Sequence record: DRR723986_5359
Direction: 5' to 3' (one strand)
Length of the DNA: 45,123 nt
A model generated the notes under the pieces. The model was given only the letters and a program-made list of their open reading frames with translations, ran no database searches and was not told the DNA's origin. Below, one piece after another: positions 18,047 through 26,330 of the stretch; positions within the stretch are counted from its first letter, which is position 1; every line of letters begins with the position of its first letter. The position numbers and the translations under genes are program-made.

Positions 18047-19201
18047 ATGCAGGAGAAAAAGAAAATAGCAATTATCGGATGCACGGGTTCAATTGGTACT
18101 CAAACCCTTGAGGTGATCGAACAAAACTTGGATAAGTTTGAGGTGATACTGATGTCGGCTCATAACAACGCTGATTTATTAATAGCTCAAGCATTGAAGT
18201 TCGTACCAAATACGGTTGTAGTGACGAATGAGGAGCATTATACAAAGGTAGAGGAGGTGTTATGGCAAGAAGATATCAAAACTTTTGCTGGTGAAAAAGC
18301 ACTAGAGGATGCAGTGCAAATGGATGAAATTGATTTGGTGGTTGCGGGAATAGTAGGTTATGCTGGATTAATGCCCGTGATTAAAGCCATAGAAGCTGGG
18401 AAAAACATAGCCCTTGCCAATAAAGAAACCCTCGTTGTTGCTGGTGAAATAATCACAAAATTGGCTCAAGAAAAGGGTGTGAATATCTACCCAGTGGATT
18501 CTGAGCATTCGGCGATATTTCAGTGTCTTGCCGGTGAGTGGGAAAATAAAATTGAGAAAATTATTCTCACTGCTTCTGGTGGTCCATTTAGGGGGTATTC
18601 AGCCGATCAATTAAAATCTGTATCAAAAGAACAAGCGTTAAACCATCCTCAATGGCAAATGGGTGATAAAATCACCATAGATTCGGCCACAATGATGAAC
18701 AAAGGCCTTGAAGTGATTGAGGCAAAATGGTTATTTGGTCTTCAGCCTGAACAGATTGAAGTAATTGTGCATCCAGAATCGATCATTCACTCTTTAATTC
18801 AATTTGAGGATGGGGCAATAAAAGCACAAATGGGCTTACCTGATATGAAATTGCCTATACAATATGCCTTATCTTATCCGAAAAGATATAAATCTAATTT
18901 CAAGCGATTTTCTTTTGCTGATTATTCGTCCCTTAACTTTGAAAAGGTGAATACGGATGTCTTCTCAAATCTCAAATTGGCATATGAATCTATTCGATTC
19001 GGTGGCAATTTACCGGCTGCTTTGAATGCTGCCAATGAAATAGCTGTATCAAAATTTTTGGATGACAAGATTAAGTTTCATCAAATTGCCTTGATAAACG
19101 CAGCAGTTTTGGATAAAATCGACCGTATCCAACAACCCAGTTTAGAGGATTTGGTTTTGACAGATAAGAAATCTCGGGAGCTGGCTGATCAAATCCACTA
19201 A
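18047..19201 (+). CDS. dxr: 1-deoxy-D-xylulose 5-phosphate reductoisomerase
   Basis: GCTGSIG, LANKE, PVDSEHSAIFQ, LTASGGPF, HPQWQMG.KITIDSATMMNKGLE; TACATTTG at 18032-18039. Confidence 0.98.
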   Translation: MQEKKKIAIIGCTGSIGTQTLEVIEQNLDKFEVILMSAHNNADLLIAQALKFVPNTVVVTNEEHYTKVEEVLWQEDIKTFAGEKALEDAVQMDEIDLVVAGIVGYAGLMPVIKAIEAGKNIALANKETLVVAGEIITKLAQEKGVNIYPVDSEHSAIFQCLAGEWENKIEKIILTASGGPFRGYSADQLKSVSKEQALNHPQWQMGDKITIDSATMMNKGLEVIEAKWLFGLQPEQIEVIVHPESIIHSLIQFEDGAIKAQMGLPDMKLPIQYALSYPKRYKSNFKRFSFADYSSLNFEKVNTDVFSNLKLAYESIRFGGNLPAALNAANEIAVSKFLDDKIKFHQIALINAAVLDKIDRIQQPSLEDLVLTDKKSRELADQIH

Positions 19202-19254
19202 TCTAATTGTTTGAAAGTAAGCGAATAAAAGTTATCTTTATTCAAATTTTTCCT

Positions 19255-20808
19255 ATGAAAAAAATCTTACTCGCTCTTGTATTGTTATCCTCAATATCAA
19301 TGCAAGCCCAAACAAAATGGTCAGAACACGCGGCTGCAGTTTTTTACGCCAATTGCACTGAATGCCATAATCCTAATGGGATAGCCCCAAATTCTTTAAT
19401 GACTTATAATGATGCGGTTACTTATGCACCATTAATCGAGTCATATGTTCAGAACAACATTATGCCTCCTTGGACTGCAGATACTTCTTATCAGCATTAT
19501 TCTCAAGAAAGAATTTTAACTCAAAATGAAAGAGATATTATTCTGAATTGGATTTCTGATGGAAATTTGGAAGGGGATCCTGCTCAGGCTCCACCACCGC
19601 CAGTTTATAACGGAGATCAAATTTTATCTGGTGTTCCAGATTTAGTGGTTACAGCTCCAAACTATATGAGTAAAGCAACGTCTACTTCTGATGATTACGT
19701 TTGTTTTACGATTCCAACGGGATTATTGGCTAATAAAAAAGTTAAGGCTTTTGAAGTGATTCCTGGAAATCGTCAAACCGTGCACCATGCTTTAGTTTAT
19801 CATGATGCAGCAGCTAGTACAACAACAGATAGTTCAGGGAATTGTGCAGGACCGGTATCTTCAGAATTAATGGGTGGATATACTCCTGGAGCAACACCAA
19901 CTATTTTCCCAGCTACTGGGTCTTTCGCAACTGGGATGGTGTTAGACGCAGGTTCTAATATTGTTTTGGCAATGCATTACCCAGCAGGATCTTATGGAGA
20001 GTTTGACCAAACTTCAGTCAATTTCTACTTTTACGAAGAACCTGTAGCCAACTTCAGACCGGTTTCTTGTGATCCAATTGTTCAAGATTGGAGTTTTACA
20101 ATTCCTGCAGATACTTTTGATTCAGTAGAAGTTGCGGCCGGGCCAATTCCAGCAAATTACACCATGTTGAGTGTTTTTCCTCACATGCATTTATTAGGTG
20201 ATTATATAGAAACATATGGGGTGACAGGATCAAATGACACTATGAATTTTGCAAGAATTCCGCAATGGGATTTTGATTGGCAAGATTTCTATTGGTTTGA
20301 GTATATGCAAAAAATTCCGGCCGGAACAATGGTTCACGGAAAAGGGATTTACAACAATACCGTTACAAATTCGCACAATCCAAACACACCTCCAATTGAT
20401 GTTTCCGCTGGCCTCAATACTTCAGATGAAATGTTCTTAGTCTATTTCCATTATATGCCTTATGAAAATGGAGATGAAAACATCAACGTAGATAGTTTAA
20501 CAACTGAGTTTTTATCTACCGGTGAAATTCAAAAGGATATTGGTTTTGTGACGGCTTATCCTAATCCATTTAATCAAACAGTTTCTATAGCATATAAGCT
20601 AGATCAATCAGCTTTTGTAACCCTTTATATCTATGATATGCAAGGTCGATTAACCAAAAAAGTTATTCGAGAACAACAGTCTGCCGGATTACATGAATTG
20701 AATTGGGATGGTACAAATGAACAAGGAGCTCCAGTGAGTAACGGCGTTTATTTTTATTCCATTAATGTTGGAGGAGATCAGCACTCTGGAAGGTTGATTA
20801 AAAGATAA
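19255..20808 (+). CDS. Probable T9SS-secreted protein: N-terminal cytochrome c-like domain + copper type II (PHM/DBH-like) monooxygenase + type A CTD
   Basis: Signal peptide; CTECH and MPPW; VHHAL, LAMHY, PHMHLLG, TSDEMF; C-terminal AYPNPF...IYDMQGR...WDG...GVYFY...LIKR. Confidence 0.8.
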   Translation: MKKILLALVLLSSISMQAQTKWSEHAAAVFYANCTECHNPNGIAPNSLMTYNDAVTYAPLIESYVQNNIMPPWTADTSYQHYSQERILTQNERDIILNWISDGNLEGDPAQAPPPPVYNGDQILSGVPDLVVTAPNYMSKATSTSDDYVCFTIPTGLLANKKVKAFEVIPGNRQTVHHALVYHDAAASTTTDSSGNCAGPVSSELMGGYTPGATPTIFPATGSFATGMVLDAGSNIVLAMHYPAGSYGEFDQTSVNFYFYEEPVANFRPVSCDPIVQDWSFTIPADTFDSVEVAAGPIPANYTMLSVFPHMHLLGDYIETYGVTGSNDTMNFARIPQWDFDWQDFYWFEYMQKIPAGTMVHGKGIYNNTVTNSHNPNTPPIDVSAGLNTSDEMFLVYFHYMPYENGDENINVDSLTTEFLSTGEIQKDIGFVTAYPNPFNQTVSIAYKLDQSAFVTLYIYDMQGRLTKKVIREQQSAGLHELNWDGTNEQGAPVSNGVYFYSINVGGDQHSGRLIKR

Positions 20809-20826
20809 TTTGTTTTTAACAATAAT

Positions 20827-20860
20827 AAAGGCCACTTGAATTTTCAAGTGGCCTTTTTTT
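20827..20860. terminator. Bidirectional terminator
   Basis: aaaggccacttgaa tt ttcaagtggccttt tttt, between convergent genes. Confidence 0.88.
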
Positions 20861-20894
20861 ATGATCGCATCTTTTGATGATTCAAAATTTGCTT

Positions 20895-21818
20895 TTATCG
20901 CCTCTTTTTTCCGGAGCCACCTCTGTTTTGACCTTTGTTACTTTTAACTTGCTTTTGATTGTTTGAATTTTTCTTGTTAGCGCCATTTCCCTGCTTTTGA
21001 TTGTTGGATTTGACATTACCGTTGCCTTTGTGGTGTCCATTGTTGTTTTTATGATGTCCATGTCCGTGTCCATTGTGATGGTTGTGACCTGCATGATGAT
21101 TATGGTGATGATGCTTGTGTTTATGAATTCTTACGCAAGTTCTTCTATTCGTTTTATAAAAACCGTGCGCTCTTCCACATCTCCTTACTTTCACAACATG
21201 AAAATGTGCTCTGTGGTGATGATGAAATCCGTGATAAGTTCTCCAACGATAGGGTCTCCAAGGTTTCCAGTAATTCGGATGATGATTCCAACGCCAAGGT
21301 GATCTCCAACGCACATACCCAGGCGCGAATACAAATCTTACTCCTCTCCATCCCCACACATTAACAATTATGCCTTGTGGAATCATTAACCGTTCAGTTA
21401 CAGCATCTGCTGTTTTTGGCTCAACGATATAATCTTCGCCATAAATTTCTTCGTCTCCAACTATTTGAATGGTCGCCTCATTATCGTCAGATTTTTCTAG
21501 CTCAATAACGGCCACATCTTGATCCTCGGTTTCGCTCATTGCTACGCGCAGAATGATGGCATGTGCATCTCCCTCGCCTTCATCATAAACAGAAATGTAA
21601 TCTACTTGATCGTCTTCATCCAAGTCTAGATTGTTGATTTTGTTATCCGGATCGTTGATGGTTTTTTCAAATGCTTCAACACTTTCAGCATCTTTAAACG
21701 CGTCTAGAACTGCGTATAGATCTAAATTATCTCCAATAACGCCCAATGAATCTTCATTTTGAGCAATTGATGGTAAACACCAGAGAAGTGCCCCAATAAA
21801 TAGTGATGTAAATTTCAT
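20895..21818 (-). CDS. Exported hypothetical protein with acidic N-domain and W/R-, His- and N/K/G-rich tail
   Basis: Signal peptide from ATG 21818; GDNLDL..INNLDLDEDDQVDY; tail WRSPWRW...HKHKHHHHNHH...NNQKQG. Confidence 0.8.
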   Translation of the reverse strand: MKFTSLFIGALLWCLPSIAQNEDSLGVIGDNLDLYAVLDAFKDAESVEAFEKTINDPDNKINNLDLDEDDQVDYISVYDEGEGDAHAIILRVAMSETEDQDVAVIELEKSDDNEATIQIVGDEEIYGEDYIVEPKTADAVTERLMIPQGIIVNVWGWRGVRFVFAPGYVRWRSPWRWNHHPNYWKPWRPYRWRTYHGFHHHHRAHFHVVKVRRCGRAHGFYKTNRRTCVRIHKHKHHHHNHHAGHNHHNGHGHGHHKNNNGHHKGNGNVKSNNQKQGNGANKKNSNNQKQVKSNKGQNRGGSGKKRR

Positions 21819-21938
21819 AGTCAAAAGTTTTCGTGCCTTTCGGCTTGTTCAACTCTTTGACTTGACAGGTTTAAAAAGGTTTAATTACTTGGGAATAAAA
21901 CTTTTATACTCTATCAACTATTTAATTCCTAAATCGAG

Positions 21939-24713
21939 TTAAACGACTATGTTCACGATTTTTCCAGGAACGATAATTATTTTCTTCGGGTCTTTACCTT
22001 CTAACCATTTTTGAGATTGTTCATTGGCAAGAACTTCCTTTTGAATGTCGTCCTTAGATAAATTAGTCGGCAATTCAAGTAAAAATCTCATTTTACCATT
22101 AAATGAAACCGGGTATTTGTGGTTGGCCTCAATCAAATATTCAGGGTTGAAAGTTGGAAAAGAAGCATTGTTGATGCTTTCAGTTTCACCTATACGTTCC
22201 CAAAGCTCTTCACAAATATGTGGAGCATAAGATGAAATAAGGATAATCAATTCTTTCAGTACTGATCGATTATTGCATTTTTGTTCTCCCAATTCATTAA
22301 CAGCAATCATGAAGTTAGAAACGGCCGTATTGAACGAAAAGCGGTCTAAATCATCTTTGATTTTTTTAATGGTTTTATGTAAAGTTTTTAAGGCTTTTTT
22401 GTCTGGTTCCCCATCTGAAACAGTGAAGTTGTTGTTGTCATCATGGAATAAGCGCCATAGCTTTCTGAGGAAATTATGAACCCCGTTAATACCTTTGGTA
22501 TCCCAAGGCTTGGCTTGTTCTAAAGGCCCTAAGAACATCTCATAACAGCGTAAAGTGTCAGCACCAAATTTTTCAACTAACTCATCAGGAGTTTGAACAT
22601 TGAATTTTGATTTTGACATTTTTTCAACTTCGTTGCCACAGTGATAAGTTCCATCATCACTCAAAATAAATTCAGCATCTGCGAATTCAGGCATCCAATT
22701 TTTGAAGGCCTCTGTGTCCAATTTGTCATTATCAACTCTATTGATATCCACATTCAATCGAGCCGTTTTATATTCTTTTCGTTTATCGAATGAAACGAAT
22801 TTACCTGATTCTTTATCTCTATATACAAAGCTTGATCTGCCTAATATCATTCCTTGGTTGATCATCTTTTTAAATGGCTCATTGAAATTAATGTATCCCA
22901 TATCATACAAGAATTTCGTCCAGAACCGTGAATAAAGCAGATGTCCAGTGGCGTGCTCTGAACCGCCTATGTATAAATCAACTTGATTCCAATAATCAGC
23001 TTTTTCTTTTGAAACAAAGGCCTGCTCGTTTTGAGGATCCATGTAGCGTAGAAAATACCAAGATGATCCAGCCCAGCCTGGCATGGTGTTAAATTCCATG
23101 CGTTCACCATCAAAATCCACATCCCAAGCTTCTTTTTTAGCTCTTGCCAAAGGTGGCTCGCCGTCTTCAGTTGGTAAATAAGCATCAACTTCGGGTAAAG
23201 TCACTGGAAGTTGTTCATCTGCCAAGGCGTACGGGATATCATTTTTATAATAAATTGGGAAAGGCTCACCCCAGAATCGTTGACGCGAAAAAACAGCTTC
23301 ACGCAGTCGATAATTGGTTTGTCCTTTACCAAAACCTCTTTGTTCAATTTCGTAAATGGCTAATTTTAATGCTTTTTTAACTGGCAAATCATTTAAGAAA
23401 TCTGATTCACAGATCACTGCGTCTTTCTCAACGTAAGCCGCTTCTGAAATATCTTTATCCTTAAAAATGTTTTTGATCTCAATGCCAAAGTGATTCGCAA
23501 AGTCCCAATCTCTTTGATCGCCACACGGAACGGCCATTACAGCTCCTGTTCCATAACCCGCGAGCACATAATCAGCAATCCATATTTGTACTTTTTCTCC
23601 GGTAAATGGATGAATTGCAAAAGCTCCTGTGTTTTGTCCGGTAATATTTTTGACGTCAGCTTGGCGATCACGCTCTGTTTTTAAGCTGGCTTGTTTTTTA
23701 TAGCCGGCAACCGCATCTTTATATGCTGGTGTTGTAATTTGATCAACCAAATCATGTTCTGGTGCCAGTACTATAAAAGAAACACCAAATATTGTATCAG
23801 GGCGGGTTGTAAACACTTCAATGCTTTCTTCGCTATCAGCTAATTTGAAATGAACTGAAGCTCCAACTGATTTACCTATCCAATTCCGTTGTTGTTCTTT
23901 GATAGAATCTGACCAATCAACCGTATTCAAATCGTTTATCAAACGTTCTGCATAAGCCGTAATGCGCATGCTCCATTGGCGCATGAGTTTTTGTTCTACC
24001 GGATGTCCGCCTCTTTCTGAAACTCCATCTTTAATTTCATCATTGGCCAAAACAGTTCCGAGAGCTGGGCACCAGTTTACCCATGAATCTGCCAAAAAGG
24101 TTAGACGATAGTTCATGAGTATTTTTTGCTGTTCTTCTTGGCTAAAGGCAGCCCATTCATCAGCTGTAAATTCAACTGTGTTGTCGTGAACCGCTTGCAC
24201 GTTTTGACTGCCAGTTGTATTGAAATGCTCAATCAGTGAATCTATGGATTCGGCCTTGTCGGTTTCTTTATTGTACCATGAATTGTACAATTGTTTAAAA
24301 ATCCATTGCGTCCATTTATAGTAGGCAGGGTCTGAAGTTCTCACCTCTCTGTCCCAGTCAAAAGAAAAACCAATTTTATCTAGTTGTTCACGATAACGAG
24401 CAATATTTTCTTCGGTTGTAATAGCGGGATGTTGTCCTGTTTGAATGGCATACTGTTCAGCAGGTAAACCAAAAGAATCGTAGCCCATTGGATGCAATAC
24501 ATTGAATCCTTGTAATTTTTTATATCGAGCGTAGATGCAAGAAGCAATATAACCTAGAGGATGTCCTACGTGCAAACCTGCCCCAGAAGGGTATGGAAAC
24601 ATGGAAAGGCCGTAGTATTTTGGTTTGTCAGATTGATCTTGAGCGGCGAATGTTTTGTGTTCAGCCCAATATTTTTGCCATTTGGCCTCTATTTCTCTAA
24701 AATCGTATTCCAT
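21939..24713 (-). CDS. leuS: Leucine--tRNA ligase
   Basis: MFPYPSGAGLHVGH, FTTRPDT editing domain, GTGAVMAVP, KMSKS; TAAATTTG at 24739-24746 (minus). Confidence 0.99.
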   Translation of the reverse strand: MEYDFREIEAKWQKYWAEHKTFAAQDQSDKPKYYGLSMFPYPSGAGLHVGHPLGYIASCIYARYKKLQGFNVLHPMGYDSFGLPAEQYAIQTGQHPAITTEENIARYREQLDKIGFSFDWDREVRTSDPAYYKWTQWIFKQLYNSWYNKETDKAESIDSLIEHFNTTGSQNVQAVHDNTVEFTADEWAAFSQEEQQKILMNYRLTFLADSWVNWCPALGTVLANDEIKDGVSERGGHPVEQKLMRQWSMRITAYAERLINDLNTVDWSDSIKEQQRNWIGKSVGASVHFKLADSEESIEVFTTRPDTIFGVSFIVLAPEHDLVDQITTPAYKDAVAGYKKQASLKTERDRQADVKNITGQNTGAFAIHPFTGEKVQIWIADYVLAGYGTGAVMAVPCGDQRDWDFANHFGIEIKNIFKDKDISEAAYVEKDAVICESDFLNDLPVKKALKLAIYEIEQRGFGKGQTNYRLREAVFSRQRFWGEPFPIYYKNDIPYALADEQLPVTLPEVDAYLPTEDGEPPLARAKKEAWDVDFDGERMEFNTMPGWAGSSWYFLRYMDPQNEQAFVSKEKADYWNQVDLYIGGSEHATGHLLYSRFWTKFLYDMGYINFNEPFKKMINQGMILGRSSFVYRDKESGKFVSFDKRKEYKTARLNVDINRVDNDKLDTEAFKNWMPEFADAEFILSDDGTYHCGNEVEKMSKSKFNVQTPDELVEKFGADTLRCYEMFLGPLEQAKPWDTKGINGVHNFLRKLWRLFHDDNNNFTVSDGEPDKKALKTLHKTIKKIKDDLDRFSFNTAVSNFMIAVNELGEQKCNNRSVLKELIILISSYAPHICEELWERIGETESINNASFPTFNPEYLIEANHKYPVSFNGKMRFLLELPTNLSKDDIQKEVLANEQSQKWLEGKDPKKIIIVPGKIVNIVV

Positions 24714-24778
24714 CTAAATTTGCTTGGATATAAAGCCGCAAATTTAGTAAAACCATCTAGTAAAAAGAGAAAGTAGAC

Positions 24779-25132
24779 CTAGTTTTCAGGATAGCCTTGT
24801 TCAATCCAGCATTTCATGGTCTGGATTTCTTCGGTTGTTAAAGAATCAATACCCCATGTGTTGGGGATTTCAGGCATAGTTTTTTCAACAAAAACTTCAT
24901 TTTGCCAGCTGCCAGCGTCAATATAAGATTTAATAGGTGCGTAATCGTCAATCCATGCGTCATGACAACCTGTTCCGGGCCCAGCTTGAGTTTTACATGA
25001 GTTTTCGATTATCGGACGAATATCCATTGTGTACGAAATCTCAACAGAACAATCTGCCAATGACTGCGTTTTGTCTTTCAAACATGAACTTGAAAGCAAA
25101 GCAAGACTTAATATGAGAAAAAAGTTTTTCAT
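24779..25132 (-). CDS. Small lipoprotein with cytochrome c-like domain (atypical CX9CH)
   Basis: Lipobox LSSSC from ATG 25132; SYTMDIRPIIENSCKTQAGPGTGCH...TMP...LTTEEIQTMKCWIEQG. Confidence 0.65.
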   Translation of the reverse strand: MKNFFLILSLALLSSSCLKDKTQSLADCSVEISYTMDIRPIIENSCKTQAGPGTGCHDAWIDDYAPIKSYIDAGSWQNEVFVEKTMPEIPNTWGIDSLTTEEIQTMKCWIEQGYPEN

Positions 25133-25166
25133 AAAAATGCCCGAATTGATTTTCAATTCGGGCATT
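25133..25166 (-). terminator. Terminator after sod
   Basis: Minus strand: aatgcccgaattga aaa tcaattcgggcatt ttt. Confidence 0.8.
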
Positions 25167-25171
25167 AAAGA

Positions 25172-25777
25172 TTATTTATTTGCTGCGTATCTTTTAGATA
25201 CTTCATCCCAGTTAATTACATTGAAAAATGCATTAACGTAATCTGGACGTCTGTTTTGATACTTCAAATAGTAAGCGTGCTCCCAAACATCCAATCCTAA
25301 AATTGGTGTTCCACCGCAACCTATTCCATTCATTAATGGGTTATCTTGGTTTGGTGTAGAACAAACTTCAACTTTTCCTCCTGCATGTACGCAAAGCCAA
25401 GCCCATCCTGACCCAAATCTTGTTCCAGCTGCAGTTGAAAATGCAGATTTAAATTCATCAAAAGATCCAAATGCCGCATTGATTGCATCTGCTAATTCTC
25501 CTGATGGTTGACCTCCACCGTTAGGTGACATCACTTCCCAGAATAAGCAGTGGTTATAATATCCACCACCATTATTTCTAACAGCAGCATTGTCTGTGCA
25601 ATTCGCTAAAATATCTTCAATAGATTTTCCAGCTAAGTCAGTGCCTTCAATAGCAGCGTTTAATTTTGATGTATACCCATTGTGGTGTTTACCATGATGA
25701 ATTTCCATGGTTTGTTTGTCAATATGTGGTTCTAATGCATCATGTGCATAAGGTAAATTTGGTAGTTCAAATGCCAT
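25172..25777 (-). CDS. sodA: Fe/Mn superoxide dismutase (Mn-type signature residues)
   Basis: [36 protein letters not shown]. Metal specificity is inferred from GGG/QD only. Confidence 0.93.
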   Translation of the reverse strand: MAFELPNLPYAHDALEPHIDKQTMEIHHGKHHNGYTSKLNAAIEGTDLAGKSIEDILANCTDNAAVRNNGGGYYNHCLFWEVMSPNGGGQPSGELADAINAAFGSFDEFKSAFSTAAGTRFGSGWAWLCVHAGGKVEVCSTPNQDNPLMNGIGCGGTPILGLDVWEHAYYLKYQNRRPDYVNAFFNVINWDEVSKRYAANK

Positions 25778-25909
25778 TTTAAATTTTTTAGATTAATTAA
25801 TGAATCCCTTCTCTCAAAATTAATAAGTTTCTTCACAATAGACAGAAAAAGATTAGCCTTTTTTTAGGACTCAAATATTCTTATTTTTGAGAAACCTAAT
25901 TTGTAAAAA

Positions 25910-26221
25910 ATGAAAAGAGTATTTTATTTAGTTGGAGTTCTTGCCTTAACGTTGACTTTCCAATCTTGTGGAGGAGATGAGGCTACCGAAGAATCTTCTG
26001 AATCAACAACGGAGTCAACGGAAACAGAGACAGAATCATCTTCAAATAACTCATTAAACGGTTTAATTAATAGTGCGGTCAATGAGGTTAATGATGAAAT
26101 TCAGCATCAAGTTTCTGATCCAAACTCAGAATTATTAGAGGCGGTTGACACAATTAAAGATGTTATAACGGACAAAGTTGTTGAACCAATGACTGATGCT
26201 GTTAACGAAAAATTAAAATAA
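25910..26221 (+). CDS. Small S/T/E-rich lipoprotein
   Basis: Lipobox FQSC-GG, low-complexity linker; TATTTTTG at 25882-25889. Confidence 0.75.
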   Translation: MKRVFYLVGVLALTLTFQSCGGDEATEESSESTTESTETETESSSNNSLNGLINSAVNEVNDEIQHQVSDPNSELLEAVDTIKDVITDKVVEPMTDAVNEKLK

Positions 26222-26330
26222 ATCAGCATTTTTCTTTGTAGAAACCTTGATTTCTACTAACGTTTGTGGGTGAATAACCTCTGTAACCAGAGGCCCACAT
26301 GAGCGATATATTGCCATAACTTTACAGAGT

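Noticed and set aside
20882-21357. Alternative-frame ORFs (Thr/Met-rich, Met/Val-rich) over the His-rich gene
   Set aside because: By-products of low-complexity CAT/CAC/AAC codons in the real gene.
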